A stretch of 64,000 nt of DNA from positions 1,459-65,458 of the forward strand of contig DXHA01000006.1 in assembly GCA_019113675.1 (NCBI GenBank), written 5' to 3'. This DNA is from Candidatus Yaniella excrementigallinarum. GTDB lineage: Bacteria; Actinomycetota; Actinomycetes; Actinomycetales; Micrococcaceae. The notes below the pieces were generated by a model that was given only the letters and a program-made list of their open reading frames with translations, had not been told where the DNA came from and searched no databases. The position numbers and the translations under genes were made by a program. Of the stretch, positions 49,723 through 58,508 are shown piece by piece (the stretch's first letter is position 1; each line of letters opens with the position of its first letter).

Positions 49723-49760
49723 TGTGGATAACTCAACACCAAAAGCAAACGTTATCCACA
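49723..49760. promoter_or_regulatory. 10-bp inverted repeat containing two perfect DnaA-box 9-mers (TGTGGATAAC-N18-GTTATCCACA)
   Basis: Read directly from the sequence: 49723-49732 and 49751-49760, within a visibly AT-rich 355-bp spacer. A TTGACA hexamer follows at 49764-49769. Confidence 0.5.
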
Positions 49761-49797
49761 GCCTTGACAAATTACCCTTATCAAGATTCCTTAAACC

Positions 49798-49839
49798 AAA
49801 AACGGTGCCGTCACAGACAATTTCTATGACGACACCGTT
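49798..49839 (-). terminator. Rho-independent terminator downstream of the YtrA-ABC operon
   Basis: On the minus strand the sequence is AACGGTGTCGTCA-loop-TGACGGCACCGTT followed by TTTGGTTT. The stem is 13 bp with one G-U pair. Confidence 0.7.
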
Positions 49840-49854
49840 CGAGTCGGAAGACTA

Positions 49855-50619
49855 TCAGCTGACGGTGGCTTTACGGATCAGTGAGTAGTTGACCCCACCA
49901 AGTGCTATCACGGGAAGTAAGCCCCATCCCGCCAAGCTGAAGGCAGTTTGGCGCATAAACCACCTACCAACGGTTACCCACCCATCGTTCATGGTAACCA
50001 GCGCGACCACGCCAAGAAGTACCGCAATTACACCGATAATTACCGCCCAAAGCTGTGCTATGGAGACACGCCGGTATAAGATTGCCCAAAAGAACCCGAA
50101 GCACATGAAGAATAACACCACGACGGTGGCTATCGACCCAACTCCAAACATGCCGCCAAATTCCTGAAAGCTTGGCGCACCGAATACGTACATGTGTCGA
50201 CCAAACCCGTTGGTTGCCGTTTCGACCCAATAGGCCAACATGGCAGCTAGGGCATAACCCGCCGAAACAACCACAAACATAAGGTAAGTGCCGAGCAGAT
50301 AGACACGTCGGCTATAACTTAGCGCCACAGAAAACGGGAATGTGTGCGATGCAGTATAGGCGGCCATAAAGCCCAAGTACCAGATGGTAGCCTGCGCTCC
50401 CCCAGTTGCGTTTATAGGCTCTTCCGACGGAATGCGACCTGGTATCTGGGAGTCGACCAGTCCCAAGACGCCGTACGTAAGCGCCCATGCCAAGACGAAG
50501 ATGATAATGGGTAGCCAGATGAAAGAATACGGCACCGCGAACTGCAGACGAAAGGCGGCGGGCACCCGAGCAAAGCTGGAGCGCCGAGTCGTAGTTGAGT
50601 TTACTGTCATGGAAGTCAT
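49855..50619 (-). CDS. Integral membrane protein, putative permease partner of the adjacent ABC ATPase
   Basis: 254 aa with about 6 hydrophobic segments. A 4-nt overlap with the upstream ATPase gene indicates translational coupling. Confidence 0.6.
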   Translation of the reverse strand: MTSMTVNSTTTRRSSFARVPAAFRLQFAVPYSFIWLPIIIFVLAWALTYGVLGLVDSQIPGRIPSEEPINATGGAQATIWYLGFMAAYTASHTFPFSVALSYSRRVYLLGTYLMFVVVSAGYALAAMLAYWVETATNGFGRHMYVFGAPSFQEFGGMFGVGSIATVVVLFFMCFGFFWAILYRRVSIAQLWAVIIGVIAVLLGVVALVTMNDGWVTVGRWFMRQTAFSLAGWGLLPVIALGGVNYSLIRKATVS

Positions 50620-51542
50620 TTCAAACCCTCCGAGTTTCGTTGCTCGTCGTCATTATTGCGAGTCAGATGCACGATGAGTTGTTGCAGCGAAACGGGTAGT
50701 ACATCGAGGTCCAATTCGGTCACTAGTTGCTGCTCGGCGGTAGACAATTTACCCAGCACCGTAAGACGAACTATTCGGCCGAGTTCTTCGCGGTCAAGTA
50801 CCGTCCGGTCCCCCACCACTTGTTGTACCGCGTCGCCATGACCAACCAGGGTCACTGCACGATCGGCGAGCTCCTCGGCGGACTCGTCCACCAAAATCTT
50901 GCCTTGATCAATCACCACCACGTGCTCTAGCAAATAAGCAATCTCGTCAATGAGGTGCGACGACATCACGATGGTTCGCGGATTTTCGGCGTAGTCTTCC
51001 AGCAAGCGGTCGTAAAACAGCTGCCGGGCCACAGCATCCAGCCCCATATAGGGCTCATCAAAAACCGTTAGTGGTGCACGAGATGCCAGCCCAATGATCA
51101 CTCCGACGGCGGATTTTTGGCCGCGGGACATTTTTTTGATCTTGGTTTTCAACGGTAAACGGAAGTCAGCGATCAGCCGCTGCGCGAAGTCTTCGTCCCA
51201 ATTTTCAAAGGCATCCCGGGCTGCAGCGAAAGCGTGTTTGGCTAGCGATTCTTCGGGATACCGTTGGTCTTCCCGAACGAAACAGATATCTGGCAGGACT
51301 TGCTCGTTTTCGTATGGGACGTGTCCGAAAACGTGAACTTCACCTTCTGAGGGCCAGTCTTGGGCCGTCATAACCGACATCAGCGTGGTTTTGCCGGCAC
51401 CGTTTCGACCCAGCAGGCCGTGTATCTTATCTTTTTCAAAATCTAGTGTGACGTTATCAAGGGCAACGGTACTTTTAAACCGTCGAGTGATGCCTTGTGC
51501 TTCGATTGCCCTGATATGTTGTTCGGTATCGAAGGTAGTCAT
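50616..51542 (-). CDS. ABC transporter ATP-binding protein
   Basis: The ATG at 51542 is preceded by AAGGAG. It has GRNGAGKTTLM, MSRGQKSA and VFDEPYMGLD. Confidence 0.85.
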   Translation of the reverse strand: MTTFDTEQHIRAIEAQGITRRFKSTVALDNVTLDFEKDKIHGLLGRNGAGKTTLMSVMTAQDWPSEGEVHVFGHVPYENEQVLPDICFVREDQRYPEESLAKHAFAAARDAFENWDEDFAQRLIADFRLPLKTKIKKMSRGQKSAVGVIIGLASRAPLTVFDEPYMGLDAVARQLFYDRLLEDYAENPRTIVMSSHLIDEIAYLLEHVVVIDQGKILVDESAEELADRAVTLVGHGDAVQQVVGDRTVLDREELGRIVRLTVLGKLSTAEQQLVTELDLDVLPVSLQQLIVHLTRNNDDEQRNSEGLK

Positions 51543-51555
51543 GGTATCTCCTTGG

Positions 51556-51921
51556 TTAGGACGCATTGCGGTCACGCAGCATGGCCAGGACCGCGTCGGT
51601 ATCTAGTCCAATTGCCCTTGCTTCGGCCAGCAGGGGGTCGAGGTAGTGCTGAGCGAATTCTTCGACTCGTTGGTTACGCACGATATGTTGCGCTCCGGGG
51701 GCAACGAAGGTCCCCAAACCGCGTCGTTTTTCTAAGATGCCACGATCAACTAACAGGTTGATACCTTTGCCAGCGGTTGCTGGGTTGACGCGGTAAAACG
51801 CTGAAAGTTCATTTGTCGACGGCGCCCGATCTTCTTCGGCCAGTGAGCCATCGAGGATCGATGCTTCAATTTTCTCTGCGATTTGGATAAACAGTGGACG
51901 GCCATCATCCATCGAACACAC
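51556..51921 (-). CDS. GntR family transcriptional regulator, YtrA subfamily
   Basis: 121 aa. The wHTH is present (PLFIQIAEKIEASILDGSLAEEDRAPSTNELSAFYRVNPATAGKGINLL) and the C-terminal domain is short. Confidence 0.85.
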   Translation of the reverse strand: MCSMDDGRPLFIQIAEKIEASILDGSLAEEDRAPSTNELSAFYRVNPATAGKGINLLVDRGILEKRRGLGTFVAPGAQHIVRNQRVEEFAQHYLDPLLAEARAIGLDTDAVLAMLRDRNAS

Positions 51922-52013
51922 CTTCCACTCTAGTGATGCGACCTTACGGGTCGATTACCTCAGTGGTTCATTACTGTACTAACTAACCAAGGAACATGCA
52001 AGCTAGCCGAGGA

Positions 52014-52955
52014 TTAGTTGTGCTTCAAAACGTCAGGCTCATGCGCGGCAATATCGGCGGTTTCAATTTGAAAGGTTGAGTGATGAATCGCCACGTCAAA
52101 ATGCTTACTGACGCACTCTTGCACCGCCTGCAATTGCTGCGCAACGTGGCCGGAAACAAAACATTCGTCTTTAACCACGATGTGGGCGGTCAGCACTGGC
52201 AATCCGGTAGCCACAGTTGAGGCATGCAAATCGTGGACGTCGATAACGTGCTCCAGCGCCATGATATGACGGCGGACCTCGTCCAAATCCAACCCTTCCG
52301 GAGTGAACTCCATGAGCACCCGCAGGGTTTCGCGCATCAATATATATGCCCGGGGTACGATCAACACGACGATCAACAGCCCCGCGATGGCATCAGCCTG
52401 CTGGAAGCCCGTCGTCGCAATAATAATTGCCGCCACAATGACCCCCAGCGAGCCCAGCGCATCGTTGAGCACCTCGAGAAATGCCGCGCGCATATTGAAA
52501 TTCGCCTCGCGGCTGGACGCCAACACCGCTAGCGCAACTACATTGGCAAGCAGCCCGAGCACACCAAAGATGAGCAATTCGATGGCGGGCACCTCTGGAG
52601 GTTCAATAAGACGACGCACGCCTTCGATCGCCGCGTAGACGCCGATGCCCAGTAATAAGGTGGCTTGGCCTAGCGCTGCAATGACTTCGATGCGGCGGAA
52701 GCCCCATGTTCTTTTCGCCGTCGGGGGCCTCAGCATCAGGGTCGCGGCGATAAGGGCCACCAGCAACCCGGAGGCGTCGGTGATGGCGTGGACGGTATCG
52801 GTCAGTAGCGCCAAGCTACCGGTAAGGACGGCGCCGACCAGTTGCACCACGATAATAAACGCGGTGATGCCGAACGCGATCCACAGCTTTTTGCGGAAAT
52901 CTGGAGACTGGCCCGTCTGTTCAACAGAATGTGTGTGGTGATGACCAGCAGCCAT
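52014..52955 (-). CDS. Cation diffusion facilitator family transporter (CzcD/ZitB-like)
   Basis: His-rich N-terminus and 6 TM segments. The TM2 and TM5 metal sites are present (HAITDA; LNDALGS). It ends in a C-terminal cytoplasmic domain. Confidence 0.85.
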   Translation of the reverse strand: MAAGHHHTHSVEQTGQSPDFRKKLWIAFGITAFIIVVQLVGAVLTGSLALLTDTVHAITDASGLLVALIAATLMLRPPTAKRTWGFRRIEVIAALGQATLLLGIGVYAAIEGVRRLIEPPEVPAIELLIFGVLGLLANVVALAVLASSREANFNMRAAFLEVLNDALGSLGVIVAAIIIATTGFQQADAIAGLLIVVLIVPRAYILMRETLRVLMEFTPEGLDLDEVRRHIMALEHVIDVHDLHASTVATGLPVLTAHIVVKDECFVSGHVAQQLQAVQECVSKHFDVAIHHSTFQIETADIAAHEPDVLKHN

Positions 52956-53326
52956 TACTTCTCCTCCAACTGCGCTTCATCGAGACGAAGGTGCACACAA
53001 AGTTGGGCACTCTTGCCCGTGGCATCCAACATTTTTTCGGCGGCGGCCACCAAGATCTTTAATAGCGCGGGTTCAGCCAGCGCATACCAGGTTGCTCTTC
53101 CTTGCGGGCGAGGCGTTATCAGCCCGCACTCCAGCAGAAAACTCAGGTGTTTGCTCACCGTGGATTGTGCCAGGTTCATATGCTCGACGAGGTCGCGCAC
53201 CCGGTGCTCACCGGTGGATAGGTGTTGCAGCAGGGCCAGCCGTGTGGGGTCAGCAAACGCCTGGAATAGATGGGCATAGGCCTGTGTTGCGTGGTCGTCA
53301 ACCGCGAGTTCTTGTTTCATCGCCAT
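52955..53326 (-). CDS. ArsR/SmtB family metalloregulator
   Basis: It has FQAFADPTRLALLQHL and the HTH segment VRDLVEHMNLAQSTVSKHLSFL. I chose the start at 53326 or 53320, not 53407. TAATG overlap with the CDF gene. Confidence 0.85.
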   Translation of the reverse strand: MAMKQELAVDDHATQAYAHLFQAFADPTRLALLQHLSTGEHRVRDLVEHMNLAQSTVSKHLSFLLECGLITPRPQGRATWYALAEPALLKILVAAAEKMLDATGKSAQLCVHLRLDEAQLEEK

Positions 53327-53367
53327 ACAACGATGATATCCCCCAGCGACGATGCAAGTAAAGGAAG

Positions 53368-54303
53368 TTAGTGTTCCAAATTCACCAGTTTCTTGGGGTT
53401 TTCCCACAGCACCTTGCGCATCCAGTCTTCGCCGAGGCCCCAGTTATGTAACGCCTCGATTTGGTGGCTGTAGTGATGCGGAATAGTTGGGAAATCGGTT
53501 CCCAAAACAATCTTGTTCTGCAGTTCAGCTGCCGTGTCTAAGTAATCGGGCGGGACGGGCATGAATTCCTGTTCAAAGAAATCGGTCCCAACCATGGTGG
53601 TATCCAGGTGCACATTGGGTGCCTGGCGGGCCAGTTGGGCAAACTCGTTATACTCGGGCATACCCATATGCGCGATCACCAACACTAATTCCGGATAGCG
53701 TTCGACGAGTTCAAATATCGGTTCGGGCCCCGTGAATTCGCCCTGATGTGGGCCACTGCCGCAATGCATTACCACGGGTACGCCGGCCTGGGCGATAAGC
53801 TCCCATGACGACGCAAGCGCCGGATCCAGTGCGGAAAACCCACCGACCTGGATATGAATTTTGAAGATCTTGGCGCCGTCGTCCAACACCTGGCCAACCA
53901 TGGCTTCAACCCCGGGCTCCGGGTAAAACGTAGCCGAATGAATGGCGTCTTTGTGCTCGGCGGCAAACGTTTTTGAGTATTCGTTGAGGAATGCCGCCAT
54001 ACCTGGACGATGCGCATAGTTCAGCGTGCTGTACGCGGTGACGCCCATATTTCGCAAAATCTCTACGCGCTGATGATCGGTGTACCGATAGGCAATGGGC
54101 CAGGGAGATTCACCCATTTCCGCCAGATGATCAAAAAATCCCCAGACCTTTTGTTGCACCCTATCGGGCATGAAGTGCACGTGCAGGTCAATGATGCCGG
54201 GGGTCCCCAGAGACTTCAGGTATCCGGGTATGGCATCGTCTGTCAGCGGCGGTGTGATCAATGGAAACTCCTCTACACAAAAATATGTGAATGCCGCCAT
54301 CAT
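53368..54303 (-). CDS. Amidohydrolase-2 (ACMSD/TIM-barrel metal hydrolase) family protein
   Basis: IIDLHVHFMP metal motif plus later His/Asp motifs (VVMHCGSG; GTDFP). The start is uncertain. The alternative Met at 54462 would add a predicted TM helix. Confidence 0.65.
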   Translation of the reverse strand: MMAAFTYFCVEEFPLITPPLTDDAIPGYLKSLGTPGIIDLHVHFMPDRVQQKVWGFFDHLAEMGESPWPIAYRYTDHQRVEILRNMGVTAYSTLNYAHRPGMAAFLNEYSKTFAAEHKDAIHSATFYPEPGVEAMVGQVLDDGAKIFKIHIQVGGFSALDPALASSWELIAQAGVPVVMHCGSGPHQGEFTGPEPIFELVERYPELVLVIAHMGMPEYNEFAQLARQAPNVHLDTTMVGTDFFEQEFMPVPPDYLDTAAELQNKIVLGTDFPTIPHHYSHQIEALHNWGLGEDWMRKVLWENPKKLVNLEH

Positions 54304-54726
54304 TCTAGTGACCGCGTTCACAGTATTATGCAGTGGGGCACACCAGTTACAGTTCTGCCCTATCAGATCCTTGCGGTCTGTTGGACTCGCGGTGATTGCA
54401 ATACCTATTGCAATACCGACCCCGACTAGACCGATAAGCAGTCCGGCACCCTGCGAATACATTATTTTGTTAACAGTTTGCGCTACTGTTCTGAGCTGGT
54501 GACGACAAAATTGAAAGACGACGATATCTTTGTGGTTCGTGCGTCTGAGAAGCAGAATCTGTGCTAATTTCCACGTAGCGAATCCTTTTGGAGCTAGGGT
54601 CACGCAGTCCGCGTCTGAACCGTTTTCGCCAGATCGCTACTGACAGGTTTTCGTCGGCAAGATTAGACTGAGGGCAAATATTGCATACCGTCATTCACTC
54701 TCCCGTCGCATATTAGGAGACTCGCC

Positions 54727-56055
54727 ATGGATGCAAATGGTCCATCAAGCGGACACTCAAACGTTCCTTCTATTGATCAATCTGATCGCAATGTTCCTTT
54801 CAATCTACGCCAGTCTGGTCCAACTCCAGTGGAAATGCTGATAGACACTCGGGTACGCAAATCTCCCTATTGGCACCTCTCCATGGAGGCTGGCTGCTGG
54901 CGAGCATCTGTTTATAACCACCGTTACCATCCCCGAGGTTTCATCCGGTTTGAGGATGGCGGACCCATGGCTGAATACGATGCGCTGGTCAACCACGTGA
55001 CTTTATGGGACGTTGCCGTTGAACGCCAAATCCAGGTCAAAGGCCCAGATGCCGAAGCGTTTGTAAATTTTGTCATCACCCGTGATGCAACCAAAATCCC
55101 GGTTATGCGGGCACGCTATGTGGTGCTGTGCAACGAATCAGGCGGCATCATCAATGATCCGATATTACTACGCGTTGCAGATGATGAATTTTGGTTCTCG
55201 ATTTCTGATTCCGACGTCGAATTGTGGCTGCGTGGCATCAATATCTGGCAGCACTTTGATGTCGATATTCAAGAAATTGATGTTGCCCCAGTTCAGGTCC
55301 AAGGCCCAAAATCAGTTGATCTGATGATCGACCTCTTTGGCGAGGAAGTCGATTCGATACCGTTCTTTGGCATCATGTCAGCGACACTTGCTGATCACGA
55401 TGTGCTGATTTCGCAAACCGGGTTTTCCGGCGAAAAAGGCTACGAAATCTATCTTTATGATGCTTATAAATATGCTGATGATTTGTGGAATGCAATACTG
55501 CAGGCCGGTAAAAAACACCAGTTATCAGTAATCGCACCGACACATCATCGCCGTATTGCCGCCGGCATTCTTTCCTGGGGCCAGGACATGGACCAAGAGA
55601 TCCTGCCTTTCCAAGCCAACCTGGCTTACCAAGTGCCACGGCATAAGGAAGCCGATTACATTGGGAAAACCAAACTTGAAAAGGTGCGCGCTCAGTTAGA
55701 TGCGGGAGACTATCCTTTTACCCATCAGCTGGTAGGTATGGTTTTGGGCGGTGCTGAAATTGACGATTATGCCCCAGATTTCTGGCTCATCTCAGAAAGC
55801 TGGGATGCTGAACCCACCGGGTACATCACTTCTCCGTGGTATTCGCCAGAACTGAATCAAAACATTGCAATGGGATACGTGCCAGTCGAAAGTACGGCAC
55901 TGGGTACCGAACTCTGGGTTCATTTGCCTGATGCCTATGCAGATGTACCAGGTAACCCGGTGGCAGCAGAAATAGTGGAAATACCGTTCCGTCAATCAGC
56001 TAACCCCAATCAGCGGGAACGGCTTCGCGCCAAAGGCAGAGACGCCGCCGACTAG
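54727..56055 (+). CDS. Aminomethyltransferase (GcvT/DmdA-like, folate-dependent) family protein
   Basis: AGGAGA lies 7 nt before the ATG. GcvT-fold blocks are present: LWDVAVERQIQVKGPDA, ISQTGFSGEKGYEIY and HRRIAAGIL. It is 442 aa, longer than canonical GcvT. Confidence 0.7.
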   Translation: MDANGPSSGHSNVPSIDQSDRNVPFNLRQSGPTPVEMLIDTRVRKSPYWHLSMEAGCWRASVYNHRYHPRGFIRFEDGGPMAEYDALVNHVTLWDVAVERQIQVKGPDAEAFVNFVITRDATKIPVMRARYVVLCNESGGIINDPILLRVADDEFWFSISDSDVELWLRGINIWQHFDVDIQEIDVAPVQVQGPKSVDLMIDLFGEEVDSIPFFGIMSATLADHDVLISQTGFSGEKGYEIYLYDAYKYADDLWNAILQAGKKHQLSVIAPTHHRRIAAGILSWGQDMDQEILPFQANLAYQVPRHKEADYIGKTKLEKVRAQLDAGDYPFTHQLVGMVLGGAEIDDYAPDFWLISESWDAEPTGYITSPWYSPELNQNIAMGYVPVESTALGTELWVHLPDAYADVPGNPVAAEIVEIPFRQSANPNQRERLRAKGRDAAD

Positions 56056-56060
56056 GGTTG

Positions 56061-57527
56061 TTAGGCTTCGGCAAACCGGCCGATAACTTGGCCAATGTCA
56101 AAACCCGACAATCTCTGGCTGAATATACGATAGTAGGCCAGTTCCTCCCGGGTACGTAACGGAGGGCTGACCACGTTTGCCTCCCGGTGTAATTCCTCTT
56201 CCGATACGCTGGCACCGTAGTGGCGACCAAGTAATTCATGCATGCCGGTGCCTTCACCGAATTGAGCCTTTGTGCGCCAGAGTATTTCGGTTGGCAACCA
56301 ATCGTCGAAGGCCATCCGGAGCAACCATTTGGCAGGATACTGGGCAGTGATGAGTTTCCATTCGGCCGGTATTGCCATGGCAAGTTCCACAACATCCAGG
56401 TCAAGAAACGGGACCCGCACTTCTAGCCCGTGGGCACCAGCGATCCGGTCGACTCGTTGTAAGCCACCGATGTGCATGCCCTGAAGAGTTTCAACCAATT
56501 CGGTGTGCAGGGCAGTCGGGTCTTGGTATCGCCCATAGTGTGAGTAACCAGCAAATAATTCATCGGCCCCTTCACCGGCCAGCACGACGTCGACATGCTG
56601 ACTAGCTAACTGGCTTACCAAATGATGCGGTACCGCGCTGTGCACCAGGGTGGGGTCAAAGGATTCTAATTCGTAAATAACTTCCGGGACCAAATCAATG
56701 GCATCCTGGGCGGTATAGACCAGCTCGTGGTGGTCGGTACCCAAGTATTCGGCAACGGTGCGGGCGGCCAATAGATCATCGCTGCCCTGCATGCCCACGG
56801 CAAATGTTGGCAGTGATACATTGCGTTCAGCTGCGATTCGGGCGGCCACGGCCGTCAGTATGCTGGAATCTACTCCCCCGGAAAGTAGTACGCCCACTGG
56901 CTGGGTGGTCTCCATGGCCCGCTGTACGGCCGCGACGATGGTATCCCGAATGGCTGCAAAAACCCAGGTGGGCGGCAGTTCGTAGGGGGCTCGGCCTTTG
57001 AGCAGTAACGGTGAGGTTGCTGGGACTCTGGGACCGGGGACTAAACCAGCTTCGGGGGTCCATACGTATCCGGGTGGGAATGGTTCAACGGCGTGACGCC
57101 ATTGGCTATCGAAGGCTTTCAATTCGGAGGCAAACACAACGGTACTACCGTGGCGGACCCAATATAACGGTGCTATGCCAAGCGAATCCCGGGCTACACA
57201 GAATTGGCCATGTTCAGTTGCAACAACCATTGCAAACGCATCTGGCAGCTGGTGAAACGTTTCCAAACTAAATCGGCCAGCGCTGAGCTGCTCCCATACG
57301 TGGCGATAGTTTTCGGTACCACCGTCACCAATTAGCCATGTGCCAGCGGTTGGCTGCAGGATTGCATCAGAATTGGATGGGTCGGTGGATGCATAGCACG
57401 TGCCCAGCCATGCATGTGGCATCTGATGGCTGGCTTGGCCCCCTCGGCCCCGATGCTTCAGCCGTGACAGCATGCGTTCTGCCTGGTCGGGATCAACGGG
57501 CCCGTAGGCGGCCACAATGGCCGACAT
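56061..57527 (-). CDS. Asparagine synthetase-like adenylating enzyme (class II amidotransferase fold) lacking the N-terminal Cys nucleophile
   Basis: The PP-loop VLLSGGVDSS and AsnB-like synthetase blocks are present (FAVGMQGSDDL, LAGEGADELFAGY, RVPFLD). The ATG at 57527 (GAGGAG-N9-ATG) gives MSAIVAAYG, where AsnB has MCGI/MCSI. Confidence 0.75.
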   Translation of the reverse strand: MSAIVAAYGPVDPDQAERMLSRLKHRGRGGQASHQMPHAWLGTCYASTDPSNSDAILQPTAGTWLIGDGGTENYRHVWEQLSAGRFSLETFHQLPDAFAMVVATEHGQFCVARDSLGIAPLYWVRHGSTVVFASELKAFDSQWRHAVEPFPPGYVWTPEAGLVPGPRVPATSPLLLKGRAPYELPPTWVFAAIRDTIVAAVQRAMETTQPVGVLLSGGVDSSILTAVAARIAAERNVSLPTFAVGMQGSDDLLAARTVAEYLGTDHHELVYTAQDAIDLVPEVIYELESFDPTLVHSAVPHHLVSQLASQHVDVVLAGEGADELFAGYSHYGRYQDPTALHTELVETLQGMHIGGLQRVDRIAGAHGLEVRVPFLDLDVVELAMAIPAEWKLITAQYPAKWLLRMAFDDWLPTEILWRTKAQFGEGTGMHELLGRHYGASVSEEELHREANVVSPPLRTREELAYYRIFSQRLSGFDIGQVIGRFAEA

Positions 57528-57533
57528 AATCAA

Positions 57534-58508
57534 TCACTCCTCGGTGATGAAACCTTCTTCAACTAGGTAGTCCCATGCAACGTCAGCGGGTTCTTCACCA
57601 TCGACGTCGACCCGAGCATTGAGTTCGGCCATGGTCTCATTATCCAGGTGCTCGCTGAGCGGATCAATGAGTTCTTCGATTTGTGGGTACTGTTCGTAGA
57701 GTTCTTCTTGGATAACGCCCGAAAGGTTATAGCGGGGGAAATAGGCTTGATCATCTTCTAAGACGACGAGGTCTAAGGCCGGCACGCGACCATCGGTGGC
57801 AAAGACTTCCCCGAAAGTACATTCGCCGTTGGCGGTGGCCTGGTAGATGGCACCCAGGTCCATAAGTGATCGCCGGTCATCGGGCACCGCGGGAATATCG
57901 TAGTGTTCCAGCATGGGCTCAAAACCATCGTTGCGGGAGGCGAATTCGGCGTCGAGACAGAAAGTAAGCTCGGATTCGTCAAGATCTGCAAGTTCGGACA
58001 GCTTGGTAACCCCGAGTTCTTCGGAGGTTTGGCTAGTCACCGCAATCGAGTAAGTGTTGTTAACCTCGGACGGTTCGGTCCACACTAACCCGTTGGCTAG
58101 ATCAGCATCACGCACGGCTTCATATTGTTCGTATTCATCGGTGAGCGGGTCAACCTCGCCCATGTAGGTGATCCATGCGGTGCCGGTGTAGTCCCACTGG
58201 AAGTCCATAATGTCTTCTTCCATGGCCATGCGCACACTATTGGAACCGGGCACGTTGGTGAGGTCTTGGGCATCGGCTCCGGCAGATTGAAATAGGATGA
58301 CGGCCATTTTGCCCAAAATAATCTGTTCGGTGAAGTCTTTTGAGCCGACAGCAATTTCGGCGCCGTCCAGGTCGATATCTTCTACCGGGCCGGATAACTC
58401 TCCGCTGGGCACATACCCGCCGGCGGTGCCTAAGCCACATCCAGCGAGCGCACCAGCGGCCAGGACGGCGGCGCAGCTCAACAGGCCAATACGACGACGC
58501 TTGGTCAT
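57534..58508 (-). CDS. Osmoprotectant (glycine betaine/choline/carnitine-type) ABC transporter substrate-binding lipoprotein
   Basis: Signal peptide with a lipobox (ALAGCG) and an OpuBC/OpuCC-like body (DFTEQIILGKM..., WDYTGTAW). ATGA overlap with the upstream permease. Confidence 0.8.
   Translation of the reverse strand: MTKRRRIGLLSCAAVLAAGALAGCGLGTAGGYVPSGELSGPVEDIDLDGAEIAVGSKDFTEQIILGKMAVILFQSAGADAQDLTNVPGSNSVRMAMEEDIMDFQWDYTGTAWITYMGEVDPLTDEYEQYEAVRDADLANGLVWTEPSEVNNTYSIAVTSQTSEELGVTKLSELADLDESELTFCLDAEFASRNDGFEPMLEHYDIPAVPDDRRSLMDLGAIYQATANGECTFGEVFATDGRVPALDLVVLEDDQAYFPRYNLSGVIQEELYEQYPQIEELIDPLSEHLDNETMAELNARVDVDGEEPADVAWDYLVEEGFITEE

Noticed and set aside
49501-49854. Chromosomal replication origin (oriC), suggested by the perfect DnaA boxes and AT richness.
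   Set aside because: Only two perfect boxes and one degenerate box are present. No dnaA, dnaN, rpmH or parAB context exists, and I identified no AT-rich 13-mer-type unwinding repeat array.
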